Assembly (NCBI RefSeq): GCF_009914755.1
Contig: NC_060926.1
Length of the DNA stretch: 64,000 nt
Reading direction: 5' to 3' (one strand)
DNA from: the human T2T-CHM13v2.0 reference genome, Homo sapiens
Each line of letters starts with the position of its first letter. Position 1 is the stretch's first letter. The notes beneath the pieces are model-generated. The model saw only the letters and a list, made by a program, of their open reading frames with translations. It made no database searches and had not been told where the DNA came from. This document shows positions 11,093 through 23,800 of this stretch, in pieces. Made by a program: the position numbers and the translations under genes.

Positions 11093-13373
11093 TGATATGG
11101 TTAGGCTTTGTGTCTCCACCCAAATCTCATCTTGAATTGTAATCCCTATAATAACCATAGTCCCCATGTGTCAAGGGAGAGACCAGGTGGAGGCAATTGG
11201 ATCATGGGGGCTGTTTCCCACATGCTGTTCTCATGATAGTGAGTGAGTTCTCATGAGATCTGATGGTTTTATAAGGGGCTCTTCCCTTCACTTCTCCTTC
11301 CTACTGTCTTATGAAGAAGGTTCCTTGCTTCCCCTTCACCTTCTGCCATGATTGTAAGTTTCCTGAGGCCTCCCTAGCCATGCTGAAGTGTGAGTCAATT
11401 AAACCTCTTTCCTTTAAAATTACCCAGTCTTGGGCAGTTCTTTATAACAGTATGAAAACAGACGAATGCAGTAAATTGGTACCACAGAGAGTGGGGTGCT
11501 GCTGTAAAGATACCCAAAAATGTCGAAGCAACTTTGGAACTGGGTAATAGTCAGAGGTTGGAACAGTTTGGAGGGCTCAGAAGAAGACAGAAAGATGTGG
11601 GAAAGTATGGAACTTCCTAGAGACTTGTTGAATGGCTTTGATCAAAATGCTGATAGGGATATGGACAATGAATTCCAGGTTGAGGTGGTCTCAGATGGAG
11701 ATGAGGAATTTGCTGGAAACTGGAATAAAGGTGATTCTTGCTATGCTTTAGCAAAGAGATTGGCAGCATTTTGCCCCTGCCTTAGAGATCTGTGGAACTT
11801 TGAATGTGAGAGAGATGATTTAGGGTATCTGGCAGAAGAAATTTCTAAGCAGCAAAGCATTCAAGAGTGCTCTTAAAAGCATTCAATTTTATGCATTCAC
11901 AAAGAGATGATTTGGAATTGGAACTCACATTTAAAAGGGAAGCAGAGCATAAAAGTTTAGAAAATTTGCATCCTGACTATGGGATAGAAAAGAAAAACTC
12001 ATTTTCTGAGGAGAAATTCAAGCCAGCTGCAGAAATTTGCATAAGTAACTAGGAGCCACATGTTAATAGCATAGACAATGAGGGAAATGTCTCCAGGGCA
12101 TGTCAGAGGTCTTCACAGCAACCCCACCCATCACAGGCCTGGAGGCTTAGGAGGAAAAAATGGTTTTGTCGTTGGGGCCCAGGGCCTTGCTGGTTTGTGC
12201 AGTCTCAGGACTTGGTGCCCCACATCCCAGCAGTGGCTAAAAGGGGCCAATGTACAGCTTAGACCTTTGCTTCAGAGGTGCAAGCCCCAAGCCTTGGTGG
12301 CTTACATGTGGTGTTGGGCCTGCAGATACACAGAAGTTTGCTGCACTGGTGGAACCCTCATGTAGAACCTCTGCTAGGGCAGTGTAGAAGTGATATGTGG
12401 GGTTGGAGCCCCCCCACACAATCCCCACTGGGGCACTGCCTACTGCTACTGGAACTGTGAGAAGAAGGCCACCATCCTCCAGACCCCAGAATGGTAGATC
12501 CACTGATGGCTTGAACCATGCACCTGGAAAAGCCACAGACACTCAACACCAGCCTGTGAAGGCAGCTGGAAGGGAGGCTGTACCCTGCAAAACAACAGAG
12601 GCAGAGCTGCCCAAGGTCATGGGAGCCCACCTCTTGCATGAGCCTGACTTGAATGTGAGACATGGAGTCAAAGGAGATCATTTTGGAGCTTTAAGTTTTG
12701 ACTGCCCACCTGGATTTCGGACTTGCATGGGGCCTGTGGCCCCTTCATTTTGGCCAATTTATCCCATTTGGAATGGGTATATTTACCCAATGCCTGTACC
12801 CCCATTCTATCTAGGATATAACTAACTTGCTTTTGATTTTATAGGTTTGTAGGCAGAAGGGACTTACCTTGTCTCAGATGACACTTTGGTCTTGGACTTT
12901 TGGGTTAATGCTGGAATGAATTAAGACTTTGGGGGACTTTTGGGAAGGCATGACTGGTTTTGAAATGTAAAAGAGACATGAGATTCGGAAGGGGCTAGGA
13001 GCAGAATGGTATAATTAGGCTTTGTGTCCCCACCCAAATCTCATCTTGAATTGCAGTCCCCACATGTCAAGGGAGAGACCAGGTGCAGGTAATTGAATCA
13101 TGGGTGCAGTCTCTTCCATGCTATTCTCATGATAGAGAGTGAGTTCTCATGAAATCTGACAGTTTTATAAGGGGCTCTTCCCCTTTGGCTTGGCACTTCT
13201 TCTTGCTGCGTTGTGAAGAAGGTGCCTTGCTTCCCCTTCGCCTTCCACCATGACTGTAAGTTTCCTGAGACTTCCCCAGCCATGCTGAACTGTGAGTCAA
13301 TTAAACCTCTTTCCTTTATAAATTACCCAGTCTCGGGCAGTTCCTTATAGCAGTATGAAAACAGAATAATATA
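11093..13373 (+). mobile_element. Full-length THE1 (THE1D-like, ERVL-MaLR) element: 5' LTR 11093-11470, internal 11471-13006, 3' LTR 13007-13373
   Basis: Two homologous LTRs (tgatatggtt...cccaaatctcatcttgaattg...tgtgagtcaattaaacctctttcc). The internal region starts gtaaattggtacc, carries a MaLR ORF remnant (GWNSLEGSEEDRKMWE) and has a purine tract before the 3' LTR. Confidence 0.92.
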
Positions 13374-14370
13374 AGGCTGCATGCCAGGCAGTCCCATGCC
13401 TAGGAGGGTCCATGTCTCGGGGTCCCTCCCAGGAAGGTCCATGTCCAGGGGTCCCTGCCCAGGAGGGTTCATGCCTAGGAGGACCCATACCCAGTAGAGT
13501 CATGTTCAGGAGGGTCTATTCACAGCAGAGTTCATGCCCAGGAGGGTCCATGACCAGGAGGGGTCTGTGCCCAGGAAGGTCCATGCCAACCAAGGAGGAT
13601 CAATGCCCAGGAGGACCCATGTCTAGGAGGGTCTACGTCCAGGAGGACCCATTCCCAGGAGGGGCCATACCCAGGAGGGGCCATACCCAGGAGAGGCCAT
13701 ACCCAGGAGGGCCTATACCCAGGAGACTTCATGCCCAGGAAAGTCCATGCCCAGGAGGGCTCATGCCTAGGAGGACCCATGCCCAGTAGAGTGTCCACGA
13801 GGGCCTATTCACAGGAGGGTCCACACACAACAGAGCCCTGTGCCCAGAAGGGCCCATGCCCAAGAGGATCCATGACCAGAAGGCTCTATGACCAGTAGGG
13901 TCCATGCCAACCAAGGAGGGTCCATGCCCAGGAGGGTCCATGTCCAAGAGAGTCGATGCCCAGGAGGACTCATGTCAGGAGGTTCCATGCCCAAGAGGGT
14001 CCATGCCCAGGAGGACCCATGCCCAGGAGCGTCCATATCCAGGAGGGTCCATGTCCAAGAGGGTCGATGCCCAGGAAGGCTCATGTCAGGAGGGCCCATG
14101 CCCAGAAGGGTCCATGCCCTGGAGGGTCCATGTCCAGGAGGGCCCATGCACAGTAGGGTCCATGGCAGGAGGGCCCAGGCCCAGGAGGGTCCTATGTCCA
14201 GGAAGATCCATATTCAGTAGGGTCCATGCCCAGGATGGTCTATGCCCAGGAGGGTCCATTCCTAGGAGGGCCCATGCCCAGGAGAGCCCATATCCAGGAG
14301 TGTTTATGCCCAGGAGGGCCTGCACTCTACAGGGTCCCATGCTCAGGAGGGCCATGCCCAGGAGGCCCTG
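13374..14370 (+). repeat. Degenerate ~16-bp tandem repeat (CCATGCCCAGGAGGGT)n, right part
   Basis: Same unit as 10200-11092, resuming immediately after the THE1 3' LTR. Confidence 0.9.
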
Positions 14371-17271
14371 TGCTCAACTGGGCTGTACCTACTTTAATGC
14401 ACCACTGTCCTGAGCTTCCTGATTTTTCAGAGGCCCTGGGTTTTTGTTTTGCGGGGCCTGCATTTCCTGTGACCTGCAGAAGTAGCTCAGGACTAGGCAG
14501 TGTGGTCCCAATTCCAGAAGCTCTGGAGGCCTCTGTCCCCCTCTGCCTTCAGGTGGGCTGGCTCCCTGGCCCATGCATGCGTCCAGGCTTCTGCCTGCAG
14601 CTGGAAACCCTCCTGTCCCTAACTCTGGGGCATTGGAGGCTTCAGGGACAAGTTGGACCCAGAACCAGCTCAGGGAGCCAGGGTGCATTTGGTGGGGGGG
14701 TCGGGGGACCAGCAGCCCTGGGCTCCTCCATCTCTGTTCTTTCCCCTCCCCACAGCACCTATGGCCTTTGGCTGAGCCAGATCTTTCCAGGGCTTTGGTG
14801 ATCCTCAAAGACCAAAGTCAGGAAACACCACAACTGTATCAGAGCCCCCATCGTTTTCTGGTACCCAGGTCCTGGGGGTCTGCCCCTGCCACTGCACACG
14901 CATCCAGGCCTGGCCCATTCCAGCGGCTCCCTCTCCCCACCTCCCCACAACCATCCGCATGGAATGAGGGGGTCTTGAAAACCGTACACCTGGCTCCCGG
15001 GCCTGGCTGTGTCCAGCCCTGCGGTGTGGCCTGTGGTCACGGCACCAGCCTCTCCCCACCCTCCCCCTTCTGTTCCTGCATTCACCATCACGGGGCACAC
15101 TGCCTAGCCAGGACCAGGCCTGCTGCCACCCCACCCACGAGGAGCTCACCTCAACCCCACTAAGCCTCTCAGGCTACCCTCTGCTTGGAAGGCCTCCCTA
15201 TGGGGTTCCCTGCTCATCTCCCCCTCCTCAGGGGCCCGAGCCCTCGGTTGCCCTTTATACAGGCCATGCCCAGCCTGCCCATGACTCTCCCCAAACCCTA
15301 GATCTGCACCAGGTGGGACCAGGTCACACCATTCTGGAAAGGCCCATGAAGGTGACCAACAGTTACTGGTGGAGTAGGGATGGGGGACGCACCTGCGTGA
15401 GAATGAGGGCAGCCCACTTGGGCTTTTGCACCCTCTCCTCTCTCCATCCTGCCCCCACCACCCAGCCCGGTGTCCCTCCTGTGTTACAGGAACCCCTGGA
15501 ATGGGTCCTGGCCCTGCCACTGGCCCCATATCCCCTATTCAGGGCTTCCTGAGGACTCTTGCACCTGCCCTGGTCCTCCAGACCTGCTCCCACGGCCCTG
15601 ACACACCTCCTGCTGTCACCAAAACCCAGCGTCTCTGGGGCCCACCCCATGGCTTTGTCCAGGGCACAGCCAAGCAGATAGTTTCCATGTCCCTGACTTC
15701 TACCACCCTGGCCCTCTGGGACTTTCATTTCCAAGAGATGGAGGAGTCCATGGAACAATCCCAGCCCCAGGGTGGATTCCTGCGAGGCTGACCAGCTGAG
15801 CCAGGACGGAGCGCAGATGTCCAGTCTTGTCCCCAGCCAGGTTTGGGGATCAGGGAGACAGGAAGAACTGGGCCTGGGACTCGGCTCCAGCCTTACCCAT
15901 CTGAGGGGCACTCAGATGGCCGGCGTAGACCAGCAGCGGCAAAGAGCTTTAGATGGAAAGGTGAACTCTGGCCAGGTGGTAGCTTCCGACAGCCCTGTGT
16001 CAAGAAGGATTCTGAGGCTCCCTCGGGGCTCCAAGGCACAGAGAGGGGTGCTGTCTGCAGAGGCACCGTGCCTGGTCTGGCAGAGCCCCACCCTGCCCCT
16101 GTCTGTGCCCTTCGGGAAGTCCTTGCCAGGGTGGAGTAGAGGACAGCAGTGGGCGAGGCAGACGATGCTCTTCTAGAGCCTCTGCAGCAGGTCCTGGTGT
16201 GGGGGCTACTTGGTGGTGGACAGAGGAGCCCTCAGCTCTCCAAGGACCCCCCGCAGCCCTGGGGGGTGCACAGAGCTTTGGGGCACTACTGCCCCACACT
16301 GGCTGTCAGGATACGGCCCCTCCACAGTGGATGGCTGGGACAGGGACTACACACACCCACTCTCCCTCCTATCCCCTCCTGGCTCCCAGCACCATGGAGG
16401 CGGCTGGACTTTCACAAAAACCCAAGGACATTGAGAGGAAACAGAGGCAAAAGCACGACCAGTCAGGCGCCCAAGAACTGACTTCAGAGCCCCGATCACA
16501 ACTACACACTCTGAGCACCCACATCCGAGTCTGGCCTTTGGGCTGGGCCAGGCCAAGCAGAAATCCTCTTTCTCAAATGAGACCAGGCACAGACCCCAGA
16601 GGGCTTAGGAGCAGCCCACACACTCATCACCACAGAGTCACCATTAACTAGCAAAACCATTAATTAGCAAAGAACAAGCATTAGAAGTCGATTCCAGTTG
16701 AGGCTGCATCAACAGGAGTACAGGGTCTGGAACGTGGGAACACAGAAGCGCATCCTCCCTTGCTAGTGAACACCTGGGGAATTGTATCTGGCAAGGGACA
16801 CGTTCTGTATGGGGACCACAGTCATCCTGGGGAGGTTCTGGAGTTGGATGCAGGGTAGCAAGGGCTTGGCAATTCAAACTACTTGGGAACAGAAGGGGAA
16901 CTGTGGCTGTTAGCAGACGGCGAGCTGCCTCCCAGAAAGTGACGGCCCTCTGCAGCCACTGACGAGCAGAAGGTCCAGATGACTGCCGAGGACGGACCCA
17001 GGACTGGCGGGGGACCCAGCACACTGCCCAGAACCGAGAGGCTTCTGGTCAGGGACACGGGTGTCTACTTAGGTTCTCGTCATTGGATTCTTAGTGCTCT
17101 GTGCTGTCTGTTTGCTTCTCCCAGTCTGGAAGCTTTTAGGGTAGATATGTATTTACACTGAGAGCGTGAGGATTTCACCACGATGCACACCAGGCTGGAT
17201 TTTCACTCAGTTACTGTGCTGGGAACATGGTGTGCTCTTCCAGTCGGAGGACCGCAGCTGTCTGGGCTTGA

Positions 17272-17800
<529 letters not shown>

Positions 17801-18286
17801 ACTGGTCATTCCTTTTTAAAAATACTATCCTGTTCTCACTTTGTGATGCCCCGTCTTCTCAGGTCTCTCTGGGGACGTCACTTGTGGTTGGCTTTTTATT
17901 TCATTTTTAAACAACTGTATAGGGGTATAACTTCTGCACAGTAAGCTGAACTTAAGGTGCACAGCGTGATACGTTGGACCAACGCCTCCGCCCATCGCCT
18001 GTCACCGCGCTGTCGTCCCCAGAGCTCCCCCTGCCCTGTGGCCCCTCCACTGGTTGGCTGCACCCCCCACTTTGCATTTTCTGGGGCTCCACATGGATGG
18101 GGCCTGCGATGTGTGCGCACTCTGCAGTGTCCTCCCCGGCGGGGTGACTTCGGAGCCCGTCCAAACAGCCGCACTCTGCTTCCTTCATTTCATTGCTGGG
18201 TGGGTTCCGCTGACACGTGTTTTCAAGTCCCCTCTGCTCCCCATGATCTCTGTCTCCTCTGATTTCCTCGTTTTCCTTTGTTCTGA

Positions 18287-19866
18287 TTCCTTCCTTCCTT
18301 CCTTCCCTCCCTCCCTCCTTCCTTCCTTGACCTACCTTCCTTCCTTCCTTCCTTCCCTCCCTCCTTCCTTCCCTGACCTACCTTCCTTCCTTCCTTCCTT
18401 CCCTCCCTCCCTCCTTCCTTCCCTGACCTACCTTCCTTCCTTCCTTCCTTCCTTCCCTCCCTCCCTCCTTCCCTGACCTACCTTCCTTCCTTCCTTCCTT
18501 CCTTCCCTCCCTCCTTCCTTCCCTGACCTACCTTCCTTCCTTCCTTCCTTCCTTCCCTCCCTCCCTCCTTCCCTGACCTACCTTCCTTCCTTCCTTCCTT
18601 CCTTCCTTCCTTCCCTCCCTCCTTCCTTCCCTGACCTACCTTCCTTCCTTCCTTCCTTCCTTCCCTCCCTCCCTCCTTCCCTGACCTACCTTCCTTCCTT
18701 CCTTCCTTCCTTCCTTCCCTCCCTCCTTCCTTCCCTGACCTACCTTCCTTCCTTCCTTCCTTCCTTCCCTCCCTCCCTCCTTCCCTGACCTACCTTCCTT
18801 CCTTCCTTCCTTCCCTCCCTCCTTCCTTCCCTGACCTACCTTCCTTCCTTCCTTCCTTCCTTCCCTCCCTCCCTCCTTCCCTGACCTACCTACCTTCCTT
18901 CCTTCCTTCCTTCCTTCCTTCCCTCCCTCCTTCCTTCCCTGACCTACCTTCCTTCCTTCCTTCCTTCCTTCCCTCCCTCCTTCCTTCCCTGACCTACCTT
19001 CCTTCCTTCCTTCCTTCCCTCCCTCCCTCCTTCCCTGACCTACCTACCTTCCTTCCTTCCTTCCTTCCCTCCCTCCCTCCTTCCCTGACCTACCTTCCTT
19101 CCTTCCTTCCTTCCTTCCCTCCCTCCTTCCTTCCCTGACCTACCTTCCTTCCTTCCTTCCTTCCTTCCCTCCCTCCCTCCCTCCTTCCCTGACCTACCTT
19201 CCTTCCTTCCTTCCTTCCCTCCCTCCCTCCCTCCTTCCCTGACCTACCTTCCTTCCTTCCTTCCTTCCTTCCCTCCCTCCCTCCTTCCTTCCCTGACCTA
19301 CCTTCCTTCCTTCCTTCCTTCCTTCCCTCCCTCCTTCCTTCCCTGACCTACCTTCCTTCCTTCCTTCCTTCCTTCCCTCCCTCCCTCCTTCCCTGACCTA
19401 CCTTCCTTCCTTCCTTCCTTCCTTCCCTCCCTCCCTCCTTCCTTCCCTGACCTACCTTCCTTCCTTCCTTCCTTCCTTCCTTCCCTCCCTCCTTCCTTGA
19501 CCTACCTACCTTCCTTCCTTCCTTCCCTCCCTCCCTCCCTCCTTCCTTGACCTACCTACCTTCCTTCCTTCCTTCCTTCCCTCCCTCCTTCCTTCCCTGA
19601 CCTACCTTCCTTCCTTCCTTCCTTCCTTCCCTCCCTCCCTCCTTCCTTCCCTGACCTTCCTTCCTTCCTTCCTTCCTTCCCTCCCTCCCTCCTTCCTTCC
19701 CTGACCTTCCTTCCTTCCTTCCTTCCCTCCCTCCCTCCCTCCTTCCTTGACCTTCCTTCCTTCCTTCCTTCCTTCCTTCCCTCCCTCCCTCCTTCCCTGA
19801 CCTACCTTCCTTCCTTCCTTCCTTCCCTCCCTCCCTCCCTCCTTCCTTCCTTGACCGTCCTTCCTT
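18287..19866 (+). repeat. Compound polypyrimidine repeat (TTCC)n/(TCCC)n punctuated by CTGACCTAC, about 1.6 kb
   Basis: Almost pure C/T strand, with a recurring 45-60 bp superunit delimited by tgacc(tac). Confidence 0.97.
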
Positions 19867-20154
19867 GCTGAAGGTGCTCAGGCAGCTCCTTCCATCCCCG
19901 GCCATCCAGGCTCCGGCGGTCCAGGAGAGAGCTGCAGTCAGCCTGGGCAGCCAGGAGGTGGCGTCGGTCATGGGGCGAGGGGGCAGCTGGCCGGGCTGCC
20001 AGCGTCTGTGCGCCTTTCCTGTGGAACAGTTTAGTTTCTTCGTGAAGGTTCTTCTTGTTCCTGCTAGGGGTGGAGCCTGGCTGCAGGTGGTCTGAGGGAG
20101 AAGCGGGTCTGGGTAGAGGGAGCCTCGGTACTGACCGTGGGCAGGCGTCTCACC

Positions 20155-20817
20155 GAAGCTCCTACACGCTCGGTCGGGGCCCAGTGGCACCCCGAAGCTC
20201 CTACACGCTCGGTCGGGGCCCAGTGGCACCCCGAAGCTCCTACACGCTCGGTCGGGGCCCAGTGGCACCCCGAAGCTCCTACACGCTCGGTCGGGGCCCA
20301 GTGGCACCCCGAAGCTCCTACACGCTCGGTCGGGGCCCAGTGGCACCCCGAAGCTCCTACACGCTCGGTCGGGGCCCAGTGGCACCCCGAAGCTCCTACA
20401 CGCTCGGTCGGGGCCCAGTGGCACCCCGAAGCTCCTACACGCTCGGTCGGGGCCCAGTGGCACCCCGAAGCTCCTACACGCTCGGTCGGGGCCCAGTGGC
20501 ACCCCGAAGCTCCTACACGCTCGGTCGGGGCCCAGTGGCACCCCGAAGCTCCTACACGCTCGGTCGGGGCCCAGTGGCACCCCGAAGCTCCTACACGCTC
20601 GGTCGGGGCCCAGTGGCACCCCGAAGCTCCTACACGCTCGGTCGGGGCCCAGTGGCACCCCGAAGCTCCTACACGCTCGGTCGGGGCCCAGTGGCACCCC
20701 GAAGCTCCTACACGCTCGGTCGGGGCCCAGTGGCACCCCGAAGCTCCTACACGCTCGGTCGGGGCCCAGTGGCACCCCGAAGCTCCTACACGCTCGGTCG
20801 GGGCCCAGTGGCACCCG
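20155..20817 (+). repeat. Perfect 39-bp VNTR GAAGCTCCTACACGCTCGGTCGGGGCCCAGTGGCACCCC, 17 copies
   Basis: The 13-aa periodicity in the ORF track (EAPTRSVGAQWHP x17) confirms unit length and copy number. Confidence 0.98.
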
Positions 20818-23800
20818 CTTTTGTGCCTGGTGTCCCTAGTGTCCCCGCTGTCCCCACCATCTGCAGGCCTGTGGAATTTTTCCTAGGAATACATCTCCAG
20901 TCTTCTGTGTGGGAGAGCGTATCATCAGGGCTCAGTGCAGGGAAAAGAATCTTCCTCAAGCAGAATGAGAGTAAGACCTGAGACGCTTGGGAGGCCTGGG
21001 AAAGGAATATGGGGGCTCTGAGGGGGGTTGTGGTCTCCAGGTCAGCCCAGCGCAGCTGCAGGGCCTTGCCTGGCCCAAGCGGGCCCTGCTGTGAGGGAGG
21101 GCGGCGGAGTGCAGCGTCTAGCACCCAGGACGCCAGTGCAACGCGGGGCTGTCTCCCCAGAGCAGCCATCTAGACGACGGCACGCAAGGCCCGACCTCGC
21201 TGGAGCCCGCACGGAGAAGCCACGCGTGGGGCCCTCACCTGGCCCTGGGGAAGGTCAGCCCCCACCTCCCCACCCACGTCCCGGCCCCACGAGCAAGGAG
21301 GTCTGGGGAACATCAGGCTTCCAGACCTTGCCACCCAGAGAGCTTAGGAGAGGGCAGAGATGGGCACCGGTGGTCAGGAGACCCTCTCGGGGGTGGAGGA
21401 GGTGCCACGGGCCCTGCTCTCAGAGCCCCTCCTATGCCCTCTGGCTGTCAGATGGACTTGTTCCTGACCGGGCCCACCGGTGCCAGCCTGCGGCATCACC
21501 CACGCCCCTCCGCCCCCATGGCTCACAGGAGGGCGTGCGTCTTCCTGACATCCCTGGACCTCCCGAGGTTTCCACCAGCAGAGGGAGGGGGCGCCGCTCT
21601 CCTCACCTCCTGTCTCCTGGAGGCCAGCCTGGCTGGGGTCTCCAGGCTAGTCCTGCTGCTGCCCTGTGGCTGCTGGCCAGGTGAGCAGACCCTCAGGCCC
21701 TCTCGGCCCAGCACTGAGCCACCCTCCCACCTGCCGCCCCCCAGGGGGCTGCCGCCTCTGGGACTGGAGTTTGCATGCAGGGGTTTCACCAGGTGTTCTT
21801 GGGAACACCACGCGAAAAAGGGCAGGCGAGGCAGTGACTTCACTGTGACCCCAGGATGCTCTGGAGCTGAGATGACCCTCAGAGCTGACCACCCTGGGAT
21901 AGTCTCTGGACACAGCTGCCTCCGCTGAACCGCATCGCCAAAGGTGATGCGCGGAGGGGTCTTCGGTCATGAGCAGGCCAGTGAGCCGTGTGTGCCTCAG
22001 TCCTGAGGGGTCTCTGTGCAGCATACCACAGAGGCTGCCACACCCTCCCCAACCCTGCCAGGCCCAGGAACCTGCCCCCCACCAGCTGCAGCTGCCAGGA
22101 CCGTGTGTTCAGGCCACATGCAGTCAGCCCTCCCTGAAAGCCCTCTTTGGACCCCGAGGCCCAGGGCAGGTCTGGCTTATTGGCTCAGACTCCAGTGTCC
22201 AGCAGGGAGGGAGAGTGGGGGCTGCTGGCTGAGGGTCTACAGGTTCTCCTGAAGGGCAGCTGGCCTGCTGTCCCTGGAACTCCCCAGCCAGCCCAGATGC
22301 ATGCAGGTCGGGGAGGGCGGCCCTGCAGCCTGCACACCCCACAGTCTCCCCACTCCGCCCACCTGCCTTTCTGCCTTCCTTTTGCTCCACACATTGCCCA
22401 TCACCCGGATTCTCCTTAAGAAATGAAAACCTGAAACCAGTCCAACAAGCAAACAGCCCTCCAGCTCGTCAAGCCAGGTGGCAGAGGGGCGGCGGGGGGG
22501 TGCCTGACTCCTCTTTGGCCAGGCCGTGCCCTGACGGCCCCAGTACCCTCAGCCCCCAGCCCTCTCTGTCTCCTGTCTGACCACTCACTCCTCTGTTGCT
22601 GGCCAGGTCCTGGGGATTCTGCAGAATTCCCACCCCACTTAGGAGCTGTTCCTGGGAGGGTGGTGCAGCAGAGAGGCCACGCACCCCGCCCTGCTTACCC
22701 TGGGGAAGCTTCCTCTCTGTGCCTCACCTTCTTCATCTGCAGAAGGGTGCGTGGCCGGTGCGACGGGCCATGGCGAGCATTTCCAGGCTCAGAGCTGCAC
22801 ACGGTGGGTGGCGGAGATCATCTGTTCCATTCTTTCATGGACGGGGGCTCCAGCTGAGCTTTAGTTTAATGAAGATTCCCACAGTGAGAGGTCTGAACAC
22901 CGCTGTCCTCACGGGTGGAAGCAGAGCTGCTTTCAAGCCACTCCCACCACGTACCACTTCTGGCCTTCGATCTCTAGGTGCTGGGCAGACCAAGCCATCC
23001 GCCATCCCTACATCTATCGGGCTGCCCACTTATCGGACCAACTCAACCCTCAAGCCTCAGCCTGGTAACACCTCCTCCTAGGAAGCCCTCTCCAGGCTCA
23101 GACAGGTCTGGTGCCTCCCATGGTCCTCACACTCAAGGCTGGCTGAGCTGAGTGGCCCAATCTCCTGTCCGTGACCCCCGTGTCTTGATTCCTCAGAGGA
23201 ACGGCTAGAGAGGGGCTGGGAGCCAACCCCAAGGTCCCCTGCCTCCCCCAACAGCGGCCGTGGGTTTCGGGATCCATTTACTCCTGCTCTGAGGATCTGG
23301 CATGACTGAGCTGTGGGATTAGCGCAGATGCTTCCCTAACAACCGGGCAGTGGGTTCCGGAGAGAAGCCCAGGCAGGAGGCAGTCCCGAGGGACTCTTGC
23401 TGGCTGCAGGGCTTCGAAATATGCTGGGGATGCCTGAGGCGAGGGAGCAGGGTGGGTGTTCTCGACAGCCTCTGGTGAGCCTGGGTGAGGGGAGTAAGGA
23501 GTTGGGGGAGGCCCAGGCTCAATGCCCTGCCCCACTCTTCCCCCAGGTGCACCAGCCCCTGCACTGTTTGCAGATCTCCTCCCTCTCTTCCTTCCTCTCT
23601 CCTCCCCTCCCCTCCCCTCTTCTCTCCTCTCCCCTTCTTTCCCCTCCTCCTGTCCCAGCCTCTACAATCCTGCCCAGAGCATCAGCGGAGCATCCCACCC
23701 TCAGGGCACAGACATGGGCCCCTTTCAGCCTCCCCAGCTACACAGGAAGATGTTGGAGGTCAGGGACCTTCTGGCCTCTGCAACCCTCATCCCAGCCGTG

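Noticed and set aside
11520-12825. ORFs inside the THE1 interior as a functional gene
   Set aside because: They are fragmented remnants of the standard MaLR internal ORF.
9804-14413. Many MPRR/CPGG-rich ORFs of up to 287 aa
   Set aside because: They are translations of the degenerate 16-bp tandem repeat and have no domain signal.
20155-20817. 39-bp repeats as a CRISPR array or a repeat-protein gene (249-420 aa ORFs)
   Set aside because: The units are head-to-tail with no spacers, there are no cas genes and the context is eukaryotic. The ORFs arise only because the stop-free unit is a multiple of three.
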